DNA from: an uncultured Planctomycetota bacterium
Lineage (GTDB): Bacteria > Planctomycetota > Planctomycetia > Pirellulales > Lacipirellulaceae
Direction of reading: 5' to 3'
NCBI GenBank assembly: GCA_963719315.1
Contig: CAVRBU010000007.1
Location: 1-47,017 of the forward strand
Length of the DNA: 47,017 nt
Shown here: piece after piece, positions 21,805-32,385 of the stretch
How positions within the stretch are numbered: the first letter of the stretch is position 1
Layout of the letters: every line of letters starts with the position of its first letter
Made by a program: the position numbers and the translations under genes
Notes under the pieces: generated by a model
What the model was told of the DNA's origin: nothing
Seen by the model: only the letters and a program-made list of their open reading frames with translations
The model's database searches: none

Positions 21805-22618
21805 CTTTCGGGCGACCCGTCGGCAAAACGTTCGCAAATCGCACAACAAAATGGAGAGTTTACTCTAACCCATTAAGTGAACTAACGGAGGCGGCCGCGC
21901 GAGACCTTCGAAGGGTCTCGCGGGCCGCTCCCCAACTAACCAGGTGGGCCCAGATTCAACGCCCAGGTGGGTCCCATTTCAATGCCGATCTCCACAGCCC
22001 GTATTATCGCACAGTTGCCGGCGAATTCCAGTTGTCCGAAAGCCCCTACGGCACGTTCGACCAAGGCGGCAATGTTTGGGAGTGGAACGAATCCATTGCT
22101 ATCGGTTTCCCCTTGGCACGTGTTGTGCGCGGCGGGTCGTCAATCACTATTTACTCGAACGAGCTGCAAGCGACCGCTTGGAACTCCGCCGATCCCTCGT
22201 TCGAGGAATTCCGTTTTGGATTCCGCGTGGCACGGATTCCTGAGTCACTGCTGCCCGGCGACTACAACCACAATGGCGTCGTCGATGCGGCCGACTACAT
22301 TGTGTGGCGCAAAGGACTCGGTACCACATATACACAGAGCGATTACGAGGTCTGGCGTGCACACTTCGGCCAGACGGCTGGCAGCGGCACGGCGCTACCC
22401 TCCGCCGAGTCGCTGCCGGTCGCCGTGCCCGAACCGAGCGCTCTGGTGCTCCTCAGCTTCGGTCTGGCCGCGCTGGTTGCCACGCGCCCCGCACGACCGA
22501 CGCAGAGAGGAGGTGAGAGAAACAACTAACCTATAATTCGGACCAACTGCGGCGGACCTGGTCGGAGGCAATGTGTCATTTCTGTCACTCGTTCATCCCT
22601 AACTGGAGTATCGATCTT

Positions 22619-22819
22619 ATGACTCGCAAGTGTCACACCTATGTTAGTGCGTTGTGCACGCTTCTCACACCTCTTTGTACGCTTTTGGCCGTCGTCGCGT
22701 TGCTGGCGGCTCTGTCCGGTCCCGCGCTGGCCGCGGCTCCCGCGATCGGGCTGACGAAGGTCGGCTCGCCGATCTGGAAGCCCACCGACTTTCAATTGTT
22801 CACGGCGCTCCCCGTATAG
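22619..22819 (+). pseudogene. 5' fragment of a secreted protein, truncated at the att-like site
   Basis: Signal peptide (ALA-AAPAIG...) and ~25 mature residues, then a stop within CTCCCCGTATAG. Confidence 0.6.
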
Positions 22820-22937
22820 GACGGATTTACGAACTTTGGCGCGCGAGCGCATTTTCGTAAAGCGTTGAGAGGGAAGTGATTAGCGAGTTCGAGTCCTATC
22901 CGGTGGGGGCCGACCGGATGAGACGGAATGCGAACTT
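22808..22937 (+). other. 130-bp att-like recombination site, copy B
   Basis: Same length and conserved blocks as 6280..6409; internal inverted repeat ATAGGAC..CGAACT / AGTTCG.GTCCTAT. Confidence 0.6.
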
Positions 22938-23131
22938 TTTCGAGCGCCGGTTAACAAGCCCGCGCTCGTGCGCGAAAAAAGTTAGATCGCGGCGCGAGCG
23001 CCGTAATTCGGGATCGTCCAGCAGCGAGCTGGATGTTGTCCTATATATAGGTCTCGCCACGCCCCCATCCTCCTATCCTCCTGTCAGGGGGCCTCTTTCC
23101 CCCTGCGCTGCTTCACAGCTTGAACTACCGG

Positions 23132-24486
23132 TGTACAAAAGGATTGCCAATTCCCGAATCTGCATGGTAATTCCAGGATCATATCACGGTGAGCCAACTT
23201 TTCCAGCCACTACTATTCCTGCTCGCCCGTTCGACCACCGACGATCTTCAGAAACAGGTCGAGTTCCTCAAAGCCCAGAATGAAATGCTCCGCAAACGGG
23301 TGCCCAAGAAGCATATCTTTCTCGAGCCAGCGGAGCGAGACAAGCTGCTGAAGCTGGGAAAGGAACTCGGACCCGGCATTCGGCAACTCATCACGATCGT
23401 CAGCTACTCCACCTTCCGCCGCTGGGTTCGTAAAGAGGAAGGCAAAGGCCCGACTCGCAAAGGCCGGCCACGGCTGGCGGCCATCGTGCGGGAGTTGGTG
23501 GTGCTGATCGCGAAGGAAACTGGTTGGGGATACACCCGTATTCTCGGCGAATTGAAAAAGCTTCGCGTCGGTCCCGTCTGCCGACAGTCAGTGAAGAACA
23601 TCCTTATCGAGCATGGTCTCGATCCGGGGCCCAAGCGCGGCAAGGGAACCTGGAGCGACTTTTTGCGGATTCACTCCGAGACGCTGTGGCAATGCGACTT
23701 CTTCAGCAAGCAAGTCTGGACGCTGCAAGGTCCACGCCAGGTCTTTGCCTTGGCGTTCATCCACTTGGCCACGCGGCGCGTGTTCGTCACACATGGCACC
23801 TTCAAGCCGGACGCCATTTGGATGGAACAGCAAGCCCGTGCGTTTCTCGACCACGCCGCGGCAGAGCAATTGCCCTGCTCGATCGTCACCCGTGACTACG
23901 ACGGCAAGTTCTCGAAGGCGTTCGATCAGGTGTTTAAGGATCGCGGCATCCAGGTGAAACCAGTGGGTCCACAGGCACCCAATTTGAACGCCTTCATCGA
24001 GAGGTGGATTCAGAGTTTGCAGGTCGAAGCCCTTGACCACTTCATCGTCTTCGGGCAGCAGCACTTCGACCACATCGTCTCGGAATACTTGGCCTATTAT
24101 CACGAGTGCCGGCCCCATCAGGGCATCGGCAACATCCTCCTACAACGACGGAACGCGCAGTCGGCCAACGCCGCCGATCATGCCGATGACTCTGTGTCAC
24201 CGCCGCTCGAGCTTTCCGACGTCAAGTGCGACAAGCGGCTCGGCGGCTTGCTGAAACACTTCTACCGCGAAGCCGCATAGCCAGCGACGTTGGTACCTCG
24301 ATTCGATTTTCAATGAACGGCCGGCGGGATTGATCCGCGCCGTGGCCGACTTTGCGGCCAGCTGTCACTACTCAATCGGTCAAACGACCCGGCCAACTGT
24401 AGCGTTTCGGTGGCAATCACAGTCGCTGAATTCCTTCAGGTAGTCCGTTTCTGTCAACGATTTGCGGTTCGCATTCTATTTGTACG
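23132..24486 (+). mobile_element. IS481/IS3-like element
   Basis: Imperfect IRs (TGTACAAAAGGATTGC and GCATTCTATTTGTAC) flank an rve transposase. No clear TSD. Confidence 0.5.
23189..24280 (+). CDS. Integrase core domain (rve, DDE) transposase
   Basis: WGYTRILGEL, WQCDFF, RDYDGKF, PNLNAFIERWI, RPHQGIGN, LGGLLKHF. Confidence 0.9.
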   Translation: MSQLFQPLLFLLARSTTDDLQKQVEFLKAQNEMLRKRVPKKHIFLEPAERDKLLKLGKELGPGIRQLITIVSYSTFRRWVRKEEGKGPTRKGRPRLAAIVRELVVLIAKETGWGYTRILGELKKLRVGPVCRQSVKNILIEHGLDPGPKRGKGTWSDFLRIHSETLWQCDFFSKQVWTLQGPRQVFALAFIHLATRRVFVTHGTFKPDAIWMEQQARAFLDHAAAEQLPCSIVTRDYDGKFSKAFDQVFKDRGIQVKPVGPQAPNLNAFIERWIQSLQVEALDHFIVFGQQHFDHIVSEYLAYYHECRPHQGIGNILLQRRNAQSANAADHADDSVSPPLELSDVKCDKRLGGLLKHFYREAA

Positions 24487-24491
24487 GGACG

Positions 24492-26173
24492 TTAGTTTTG
24501 CACCGGCGGCTTTCGAAGCGGACCGAGAAAGTGGGATCGGGCCGGCGATTTCGACAGGCGTCCCGTACCTTTCATAACACCGTCCTGTTCGCTTTCGGAA
24601 TTCGGATGATAGGCTTCCGGGTCGAGAACTTGCCCCGTTTTGCGTAATAATTCTTGTAGCTTGTCGGTCGGCACATCGCGTGGGAGGCAAAGATGCTCAA
24701 TCGCCAAGTGGGCCGCCACACCCGCTGCATGCCCGAGCGCCATCCAAGTTGGTTCCGTGCGAAGGGACGAATAGGCAACGTGCGTGGCTGACGCTGCCAC
24801 GGGTACAATTACGCCGTCGATCGATTCAGGAATCATTATTCGATAAGGAATCTGATACGGGCGCGTAATGTGATCGAGCATGCAGAGATAACCTTCGAGT
24901 ACTCGATCATTACCCGGCTGGCGTTTGCGCACGGGGAAACTGTCGATCGGAAATTCGCCCACGGCCACGGAGTCGGTGTGCCGGCTTGGCGTTGCCGAAT
25001 CCACCGTTTGGGTTACATCATGTTCCGTTAGAGTAAAGCAACCTTTCAGTCGGCGGGCCTCGCGTATGTAAAGTTGAATCGGGAAATGCTCATTATCCAG
25101 AAATTCGTCGAGCGGAAGATGATACTCGTTGGCCATCATCCGATGAGCCGAAGGGACCGCGCGATCATTTTGTAGAAAGTATAGTAGTCCCAAGGTTAAC
25201 TCGCGGTGGCGACCACAGATGGATTCTCGCTTCTGTCGATCGCCTTCCACGTAGCCAGCGTTTTCTTCTGGGAATGGAAATGCCAGAGGTCGCGGGTTGA
25301 TATTCGCATCCGCCTTGCGGTTGGGCAGTTCCGTCACAGAGAGCGCCCGGACGAGCGTATTATAATGTTTCGGGTTGTAGCCTCGACCGTCGACAAAATG
25401 CCGCGGACCGCCTAAGCGTCCCGTCGCTAGGTCATCCAGATAGGGCAAATAGATTTCGCGATCGTAGTTGCTGGTGCGCTGGAGAGGACGTAACTGTTGT
25501 GCGGATTGCAGGTCAAACAAAGTCGATACGTGTACGCCGGAAGTCGATTATCCGCAGCGCCGGTGCTGCCCGGCAGGAAAGCGCTCTCTTCAAGATCGAA
25601 ATAGACAACTCCAGCATGAGGTTCGCCATACTCTGCTCGAGATTCGCGGCCGATGCGGTACGCGGCGCCGGCCATGGCGTAGGCATCGCCTTCGTAAGTC
25701 GCATCGATGAATACCCGGCCGCGTAAAATGCAGGGTTCGCCTGTTTTACGATTGTTGATTCGAACCGATTTCACCCGTTTGGCGTCAACTTCCATTTGTT
25801 CCAGCGCGAACGATCGATAGACATCGATCAATGGTAGCTCAGCCACTAGCGCTTCGAACACTTTCTCCGCAACGGACGGCTCGTAGTAATAACCCTCACG
25901 GCACAATGCGAAGTTTTCGGAGACAGTTCCGTACCGATCGGCGTAGTAATTGCGCACTCGCCCGACGAATTCGCCAAAGAACCCGCGAAGTAAGTCGCGG
26001 TTCTCAATATCACTTTTTCCTAGACCGGCCACGGCCATTCCGCCCAGGTGAGCATCGTACTCAACCAAGGCTACCGACCGCCCTAAGCGTGCCACGGCTG
26101 CTGCCGCGGCAATCCCCGCCGGAGTTCCACCGATAACGACGACATCGTACAGTTGCGTTCGCACGGCACCCAT
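24492..26173 (-). CDS. FAD-dependent oxidoreductase (PF12831-like; frameshift near 25475)
   Basis: YDVVVIGGTPAGIAAA, FIDATYEGD, YIREARRL, PYQIPYR, SATHVAYSSLRTEPTWMALG. Confidence 0.88.
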
Positions 26174-27744
26174 CAAGTCATACTCTCCCGTCGCGAATTC
26201 ATCGTCCACACGGTAAGGCCGTCGAGAGCCTCCCTGCGGAGCGTCGGAGTCAAGAACCAGCTCGCGATGTATGCGAGACCAATGAAAACTACGTTGACGA
26301 TTGGACCAATCCAGTAGCTGTGCAAATCGAGAGCAAACGATTTGGAGAGCAGACCAGTTGCGCCTAGTCCCAGATATATGTTTAATGCCACTGCCACGGC
26401 CAGTGCGATCGTGGCACTTCGCCCGTCGACTCGTTCCGTGAAGAAGCCGAGCATGAATAAACCCATCAAACAGCCGCCGAAGATTGAGGTAGCAATCAAC
26501 GATATGTCATTCATGCTTTCTTTGGGCATATTTCGGAAGAGTAAAGCACCGCAGATCATCAACGTCGAGGCAGCGATTGCGGTCAATCGAGCAAGCCACA
26601 GATAGAACCGATCGCTGCGGCCAGGAAATGCAAACGGCTTAAAAATATCGACGCAAGAAACGGCGGCGATGGCATTGATGCTGGAGTCGAGCGTCGACAT
26701 GGCAGCAGCAACGATGGCCGTCACAATCAATCCGGCCAAACCGGCAGGAATCTGATGCAGGATGAAATAGGGTAAGACTTGGTCGGCCTGCAGGCCAGCG
26801 AGTTCGGCATTGGGAAACACTTGGTAATATACGAATACACTCGTGCCGACGAAGAAGAAGCACGTCCACATCGGCAACGCGATGGCAGAATAAAGGATCG
26901 TTGCCTTGCGAGCCTCGTGAGTTGACTTGGCTGCCAGGTAGCGCTGCACGAGATTCTGATCACCGCCATAGATGGCCAGCCAATTCACTAGGCCCAAAAG
27001 GAAGATAGTCCAGAAGGTGCGCTGGCCGATATTCCAATCGAAGCTGCCCAATGAGAATTTGTGTTTTTCCTGGGCCACTTCCGCGATCTGAGTAAATCCT
27101 CCCGGCAGTTCCCAGGCGACTGTTACCAGACAAATCAGTCCCCCAAGAATTAGGATCAGAGTCTGAATTACGTCCGTCCAAATGACCGCATCGATGCCGC
27201 CCACGACTGTGTAGGCTGCGACAAATGCGCCAGCAGCAATAATCACCAAGACAAGCGAAGCCCCCGTGAAAAAGTGAATTGGCAATGCCATCAGGAATAA
27301 GACCTGAGCAGCGCGAATCGTCTGCATCACGATGAAACTGAAAGTTCCATAAAGTCGTGGAATCGTTCCGTATCGGTTCCCCAGATATTCGAATGCCGAT
27401 GTGGTACGTCCGCGGCGAAATAGCGGAATAAACACGAATACGGCTAGCACCGCGACGAACGGCAACGAAAAATTGACGACGAGTTGCCGCCAGTCGAGGG
27501 CGTAGGCGGCGGCCGGCAGCGCCAAAAACGTACTCGAAGAGACGATCGTACCGAGCATCGACAGCCCAACCACCCAGCCGCTAAAAGATCGATTGCCTAC
27601 AAAGTATTCCTCAGTGTTCGTATTTCGATGCCAGAAATACACAGAAATTGCAAACATGCTAGCCAAATAGGCCAACATCACGGCGACATCGAGAGTGTGA
27701 ATATGGGATCCCACGAATTCGCTTGCTCCGCTATTTCTCGCCAT
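26173..27744 (-). CDS. Sodium:solute symporter (SSS family)
   Basis: EYFVGNR, TSAFEYLGNRYG, GGIDAVIWTD, DQNLVQRY, AAAMSTLDS; about 13 TM segments. Confidence 0.93.
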   Translation of the reverse strand: MARNSGASEFVGSHIHTLDVAVMLAYLASMFAISVYFWHRNTNTEEYFVGNRSFSGWVVGLSMLGTIVSSSTFLALPAAAYALDWRQLVVNFSLPFVAVLAVFVFIPLFRRGRTTSAFEYLGNRYGTIPRLYGTFSFIVMQTIRAAQVLFLMALPIHFFTGASLVLVIIAAGAFVAAYTVVGGIDAVIWTDVIQTLILILGGLICLVTVAWELPGGFTQIAEVAQEKHKFSLGSFDWNIGQRTFWTIFLLGLVNWLAIYGGDQNLVQRYLAAKSTHEARKATILYSAIALPMWTCFFFVGTSVFVYYQVFPNAELAGLQADQVLPYFILHQIPAGLAGLIVTAIVAAAMSTLDSSINAIAAVSCVDIFKPFAFPGRSDRFYLWLARLTAIAASTLMICGALLFRNMPKESMNDISLIATSIFGGCLMGLFMLGFFTERVDGRSATIALAVAVALNIYLGLGATGLLSKSFALDLHSYWIGPIVNVVFIGLAYIASWFLTPTLRREALDGLTVWTMNSRRESMT

Positions 27745-29015
27745 TGATGGGAAGTTCGAGCGATGACGGCATCTCGAGTCTATCTAAATCGGCGATGCGA
27801 ATTTTAAGTACTTCCACCGTCTGCTTGCCACCTGCAAATGCGATTAGCAAATGGTCTTCTTGTTGCATCACGTACGGATAGTCGACGTGACGTCCTCCGA
27901 CGAGATAGCACATTTTAGTAAACACCATTCCATCCTCGCTGATCGCAATCGTCAGCGGATCGCGCTTGCGCGGGTTGGCGTTTGAGACCAATACGTAGCG
28001 CCCGTCTCTCAAGCGAAGGCCATGGAGTTTCGAGGTAGCGTCTGGGAAATTCGTCCGAACCGGCTTGCTCCAGGTGCGGCCGTTATCGACGGAGAAAGAT
28101 CGAAAGAGATATCCGCTGCGGCGGTTGTCGCGGAACAAAGCCATCAAATTGTCATCGGGTAACACCCACCACAACGGCTCTTCGGCATTAAGATCGCTAC
28201 TGGAGCCGAGTACTGGAAAAGATTCCCATTGGTTCATGGCTTTCGTGCCACCGATGAGAAAGTGAACGCCGGCTGTTTTGTAATCGTGCGATCTGCGTGA
28301 CATCATCCACTCGCCAGTTGGCAGCCGTTTCGGTGGAAAGTTGTTAATTGCATCGTCGAAAATAATCCCCGCATCCTGCCAGTCCCGTTCGTTCTGATTG
28401 AGTCGGAACGCATGCAATGCCAGGCTGGGGCCGAAGAACCCCGCTGCTTCATCCAACGAGGCCAGAGCGTACAACTCTCCATCGCGCAGCCAAAAGCCCC
28501 GGGAAATCCAGCGGTATCCTTTGTCAGACCGGGCGCCATAGAATTGCGACTTCGGTCCCGAACGAGGGGGTTCGGGTGTAAGAAACTCAGGCTTACTCCA
28601 TTTGATACCGTCATTGCTTGTTGCAAACTTAACGCGCTGACCGACGCGGTCCTCAATACCAGGCCCGTCGCTCCACATCGCCCAATACTTCCCTTGACAG
28701 TAGGCCAAATAGTTGTGCTGGTTTACGCCACCTTTCGCTTTATCTAGGTCTTGCCGGGAAATCGCGCTCGCGCGGAACGTCGCTGATCACCGCGTGCTCA
28801 CTTGGCACATGTGGTAGTCGCGAAAAGTCGATCTGGTGCGATTCTTTCGGTACCCACTCACCATCGAGCATAAGTGAGGAGTTTGGATTGATTGCCGGAT
28901 GCGGCCGGGAACTCTCGCCGGTTCCGGGAGGGTTGCCGCCGGCGAAACTGCTTTGCAACGCAATTGCTGACGTAATGCTCGCCAATTGAAGAGCTGTCTT
29001 AAGAGTTGAATACAT
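27731..29015 (-). CDS. BNR/Asp-box sialidase-like glycoside hydrolase (frameshift near 28745)
   Basis: Signal peptide in ORF 28740..29015; Asp-boxes SNDGIKWS, SVDNGRTWS and SEDGMVF; NAEEP and DYP. Confidence 0.8.
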
Positions 29016-29124
29016 CAGTTTGCTAATAATTGCGGACGGACGTTACTTTCTCGTCTCTCGGTGCGGAATTCGTTCCTGTGAAGTGTAAGATGCCTGCGAT
29101 TATCGAAATAACAGAAGAGGGATT

Positions 29125-29523
29125 TCATTTGCTCGACAGATCGAAGTTGATTGTGCCATCGGGACCTGGAACTTCTACAATTAGAGTCGATTCTTTGTTG
29201 TACTTGCGAGGGACGCGCTCCATCGGTTGGCCTTCGGTGGCGGTTGTGATCGTGACGGTGTTTGTTCCAGGTTGTGCTCCTTTCAAACCTCGAAGATAAA
29301 TCAAGTCGTAGCTGCCGTCGCTAGCTGTGATCGACCGGGAACCGCGACCTCCTGATTCGGAACGGAACACCACGAGCGCTTTCGATAGTGGCTGCCCATC
29401 GAGAGTAATGCGGCCTTTCACGGGAACCAAGTCAGGTCGAGTGCTGCTGCCTGAGCAGCCGCTAGAGGAGAGCAGCACAGCGATAGCGATAACCGCCAGA
29501 CGGGATTGCGAGTAAGCCAGCAT
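29125..29523 (-). CDS. Lipoprotein with carboxypeptidase regulatory-like domain (usual DUF1559 partner)
   Basis: SSGC lipobox; PVKGRITLDGQPL, GAQPG, VPRKYN, NFDL. Confidence 0.88.
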   Translation of the reverse strand: MLAYSQSRLAVIAIAVLLSSSGCSGSSTRPDLVPVKGRITLDGQPLSKALVVFRSESGGRGSRSITASDGSYDLIYLRGLKGAQPGTNTVTITTATEGQPMERVPRKYNKESTLIVEVPGPDGTINFDLSSK

Positions 29524-29566
29524 GCTTCGTGATTTCCGACTTCTACTTTACTGGCCCAGTCCTCGA

Positions 29567-30640
29567 CTAGGGGAGTGCGACTACTTCGCCGCTTGCCCTG
29601 CTTCCCAAGTAATTAAATACACGATCGTCGATGTTTTCACTGATAAATCGCACCGACCCGTCGCACATTGCAAAGTGAGCGCCGCCGGGATGGTCGCTGC
29701 CGGCGGACTCGAAATACTGGTTGTTAATGCCACCGGGGTTCAGGGGATCTAATCCCCAATCGGTATTAAATGCGGTCGCCACTCCTCCCACCGCCCAACC
29801 ATCAAGACTCCATTCCTCGCAAATAGTGCCATTGCCATTGTGGTCGACACCTAGGAGTCGCTGTAGTTCTCCCAGCAGAAGTGTACTGGACGTGCCATCA
29901 GTGATATCGCTGGGTTTGACTCCTTTGTTATAGGTGAAGACACCCAACATCTCATGATTAGAGCCATACTCGTCAATGGCAGTCTGATTGAGCCGATGCG
30001 TACAGGGCGGTCCGCCAGCGTCATTGAGAAACGTATTGCCGGCACCCATGCATCCGCCGTAGTCATTTCCACCTCGAGTCCAATTCTTGAACATGTGCGG
30101 GATGTCTTCGTCGCGAACCGTCGAGCGTCTCGATGGACAATACAGCATCGGGAGATCGGTTTGCGCCACAAACTTCCCATTGGCTATGTTCTGAATGACA
30201 TTCTTGTTAATATCCCACAGGTCGTGCAGCGCTTGCTCCTCGAGGTAAGGAAGCGTAGCCACCACCCAGCTCGTTCCCCGAGCCATCGGTGAAAACGATC
30301 CGGCCTCCGCCCAAACGTCCATCTTCACGCTGGGGCTAAGCGCCGAGATGACGCCTGCCGGCAGCGCTTTGTGGGCGTCTACATGACATTGAAGCGCGAT
30401 GGAGAGTTGCTTCAGGTTGTTCAGGCATTGTGCGCGGCGCGCCGCCTCGCGCGCCGCTTGTACTGCCGGTAACAACAGCGCCACTAAGATGCCGATGATG
30501 GCAATCACCACGAGCAATTCCACTAAGGTAAATGCGTTGCAATGTGCGCGACGAATCGACGGCGCGGTTGCCATTGAATTAGCTCCTTGGAACTCCCTAC
30601 GAACTGGCGCTGTGGCAAAGCGTTTTAGCTGCCTGTGCAA
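29567..30640 (-). CDS. DUF1559 prepilin-type N-terminal cleavage/methylation protein
   Basis: FTLVELLVVIAIIGILVALLLPAVQAAREAARRAQCLNNLKQL, ITDGTS, HPGGAHFAMCDGSVRF. Confidence 0.95.
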   Translation of the reverse strand: MHRQLKRFATAPVRREFQGANSMATAPSIRRAHCNAFTLVELLVVIAIIGILVALLLPAVQAAREAARRAQCLNNLKQLSIALQCHVDAHKALPAGVISALSPSVKMDVWAEAGSFSPMARGTSWVVATLPYLEEQALHDLWDINKNVIQNIANGKFVAQTDLPMLYCPSRRSTVRDEDIPHMFKNWTRGGNDYGGCMGAGNTFLNDAGGPPCTHRLNQTAIDEYGSNHEMLGVFTYNKGVKPSDITDGTSSTLLLGELQRLLGVDHNGNGTICEEWSLDGWAVGGVATAFNTDWGLDPLNPGGINNQYFESAGSDHPGGAHFAMCDGSVRFISENIDDRVFNYLGSRASGEVVALP

Positions 30641-30644
30641 TTAT

Positions 30645-32306
30645 TTATCGTTTCCGTGCGTTGACCAATAATGCGGTTAGCGCTAACACGATCAGCCCCC
30701 CCGCGGACGGTTCTGGAATGGCCGCCGAGTTGGAAAGACTTCCACTCGCACTTCCACTGGTGTTGCCAAAGCGGGCTCGCCAATCCAGATAGTCTTGGTC
30801 ATTCACGACACCGATGTCAGAGACTTCATTTTTCAGTGGACCGCCCTTGCGCCACAGCACGTAATCGGCAGCATTGACGATGCCGTCGCCGTTGAAGTCG
30901 CCAGGCACGCCGCCCAAAGAGCGGAGAACCAACTGATCGACCAAATAATTGCCACCACTGTTTTGGGCGCTGATGATCACCGTGCCAATGCTGGCTCCCT
31001 CCGCCGGTGCCGCCGTAAACCAAAGGGACGCTGTGCCGTTTATTACCAAATCCGTGGAATTGGCCGCACTCAGAAAGACAGTGTATTCGGGAGTAGCGGA
31101 AGTGTAATCGCCTCTCAGAACGAGCCGATAAACATTTAGCGTGTCTTCGATGTCGCTGAAATCGCCGTCGGCGTTTCCATCGACGGAGAACGACACTGCA
31201 TTCGATAGATTCGGCACATCGACCCATGTGGTTGTCGGCGACGACGTAACAGTTTGCACCGATCCATCACCGTTTACTCGCAAATTGAGGTTTCCATTGT
31301 TAGGATCGTTATTGAGGATCAGATTGAGCCCGCGCGCGTTTGCATCCCCAGGGTCTTCCATAGCGAAGAGGAGATCTAGTTCCCACTCAGATCCTGGGGA
31401 CACCGGTAACGCTTGGCTAACTCGGCCACCTCCATCGGCTTGCTTTTTCAAATACAGACCGGTGGATGTCCCATCGAGTCCCGCGTGTTGTGCGATAGCA
31501 GGACGGACGATGGTCCAATTCTTAGGAAATGTACCACTCAGATCTTCGAAGTCGCCATTGAGTAATCCGGGAAAAGGAAGCACGGGCGCCTGTTCGGCCA
31601 TCAAGCTTATTTGGTCGACAACATAAGAGGCTGCGCTAGATTGACTTCTCATGGAAACGCTGGCAACGCCTGCGTTGGGTAAAGGGGTGCCATCGAACAC
31701 TGAGACTTGCCCGCTCGTCATCGTAAACGAGTTCGAGTTCGCAGCGCTCAGCATTACTTCGTACGAGGGCGTGGTTCTAAAATCGCCTACCAGTCGAAGT
31801 CGATGAACATTCGATACGTCTCCCACATCATCGAAGTCTCCATCGAAGGTAGAGTCCGTGGAAAAGGTGACGGCCGCTGGGATGAGGTCTTGCCAGGTTC
31901 CAGAGAAGGCCTGCAAGTTGCCGTCGCCATTGACGCGCATGTTAATCAGGCCGCCGCTACCCGTGTTTAGGATGAACTGCAAGCTGCGGTCGTCGGCGGT
32001 TGGTGGCGCGGCCGAGGCGAAGTATAAGTCGAACATCCACTCCGGGCCGGCATCGAGATTAGATTGTGTGAGCGAGCTGCCAAACACATCGGTATACATC
32101 ACTGCGGCGTTGGAAGTACCCGCCAATCCGCTGGTCATTCCTGGCGGACTTCCAGCGAGGGTCCAGCCGGTTGGATAACTTCCGCCTAGATCCTCGAAGT
32201 CTCCGTTGGTCAACCATTCGACTACTTGCCCTCGGCAAGGCGTACTCGACCAAACGAATGTGATGCAAGCGATTGCGGCAAAATGAGAACACCATCGAAC
32301 GATCAT
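30645..32306 (-). CDS. PEP-CTERM protein with two tandem CBM-like domains and a dockerin-like module
   Basis: Two LxNGDFEDLxGxxPxxWT repeats; GDFNGDGIVNAADYVLWR; IPEP plus TM plus RKR. Confidence 0.85.
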   Translation of the reverse strand: MIVRWCSHFAAIACITFVWSSTPCRGQVVEWLTNGDFEDLGGSYPTGWTLAGSPPGMTSGLAGTSNAAVMYTDVFGSSLTQSNLDAGPEWMFDLYFASAAPPTADDRSLQFILNTGSGGLINMRVNGDGNLQAFSGTWQDLIPAAVTFSTDSTFDGDFDDVGDVSNVHRLRLVGDFRTTPSYEVMLSAANSNSFTMTSGQVSVFDGTPLPNAGVASVSMRSQSSAASYVVDQISLMAEQAPVLPFPGLLNGDFEDLSGTFPKNWTIVRPAIAQHAGLDGTSTGLYLKKQADGGGRVSQALPVSPGSEWELDLLFAMEDPGDANARGLNLILNNDPNNGNLNLRVNGDGSVQTVTSSPTTTWVDVPNLSNAVSFSVDGNADGDFSDIEDTLNVYRLVLRGDYTSATPEYTVFLSAANSTDLVINGTASLWFTAAPAEGASIGTVIISAQNSGGNYLVDQLVLRSLGGVPGDFNGDGIVNAADYVLWRKGGPLKNEVSDIGVVNDQDYLDWRARFGNTSGSASGSLSNSAAIPEPSAGGLIVLALTALLVNARKR

Positions 32307-32385
32307 ATCACCCTCCGGATGCCCCTCGCGGAACAAGGATTAGAAATACCTCTTTGATCATTTGCACGAAGCGTGCCAGCACACC

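Larger units (their letters stand above)
19390..21994 (+). mobile_element. IS21 family insertion sequence, 2605 bp
   Basis: TG...CA ends with IR TGGAGATCGGCATTGAAA; subterminal repeats (ATCGGCATTGAAAxGGGACCCACC); 6-bp TSD CAGCCC. Confidence 0.93.
14476..22529 (+). pseudogene. Large multidomain double PEP-CTERM gene (repeat domain, pentapeptide repeats, internal PEP-CTERM, signal peptide, FGE-like domain, dockerin-like module, PEP-CTERM) interrupted by two IS elements
   Basis: Removing IS 14678-16232 and IS 19390-21994 with one TSD each restores QGALGIIDSIF and GSPYYRTV in frame. Further 1-nt shifts near 17340, 17850 and 19255. Confidence 0.8.

Noticed and set aside
6280..22937. Integron with attC cassettes
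   Set aside because: No IntI tyrosine recombinase, no RYYYAAC/GTTRRRY-bounded attC between genes, and the genes have their own promoters.
22876..23283. 135-aa ORF and the CCTATATATAGG palindrome upstream of the rve transposase
   Set aside because: The ORF spans the att-like site and IS end with no motifs, and the palindrome is single with no assignable role.
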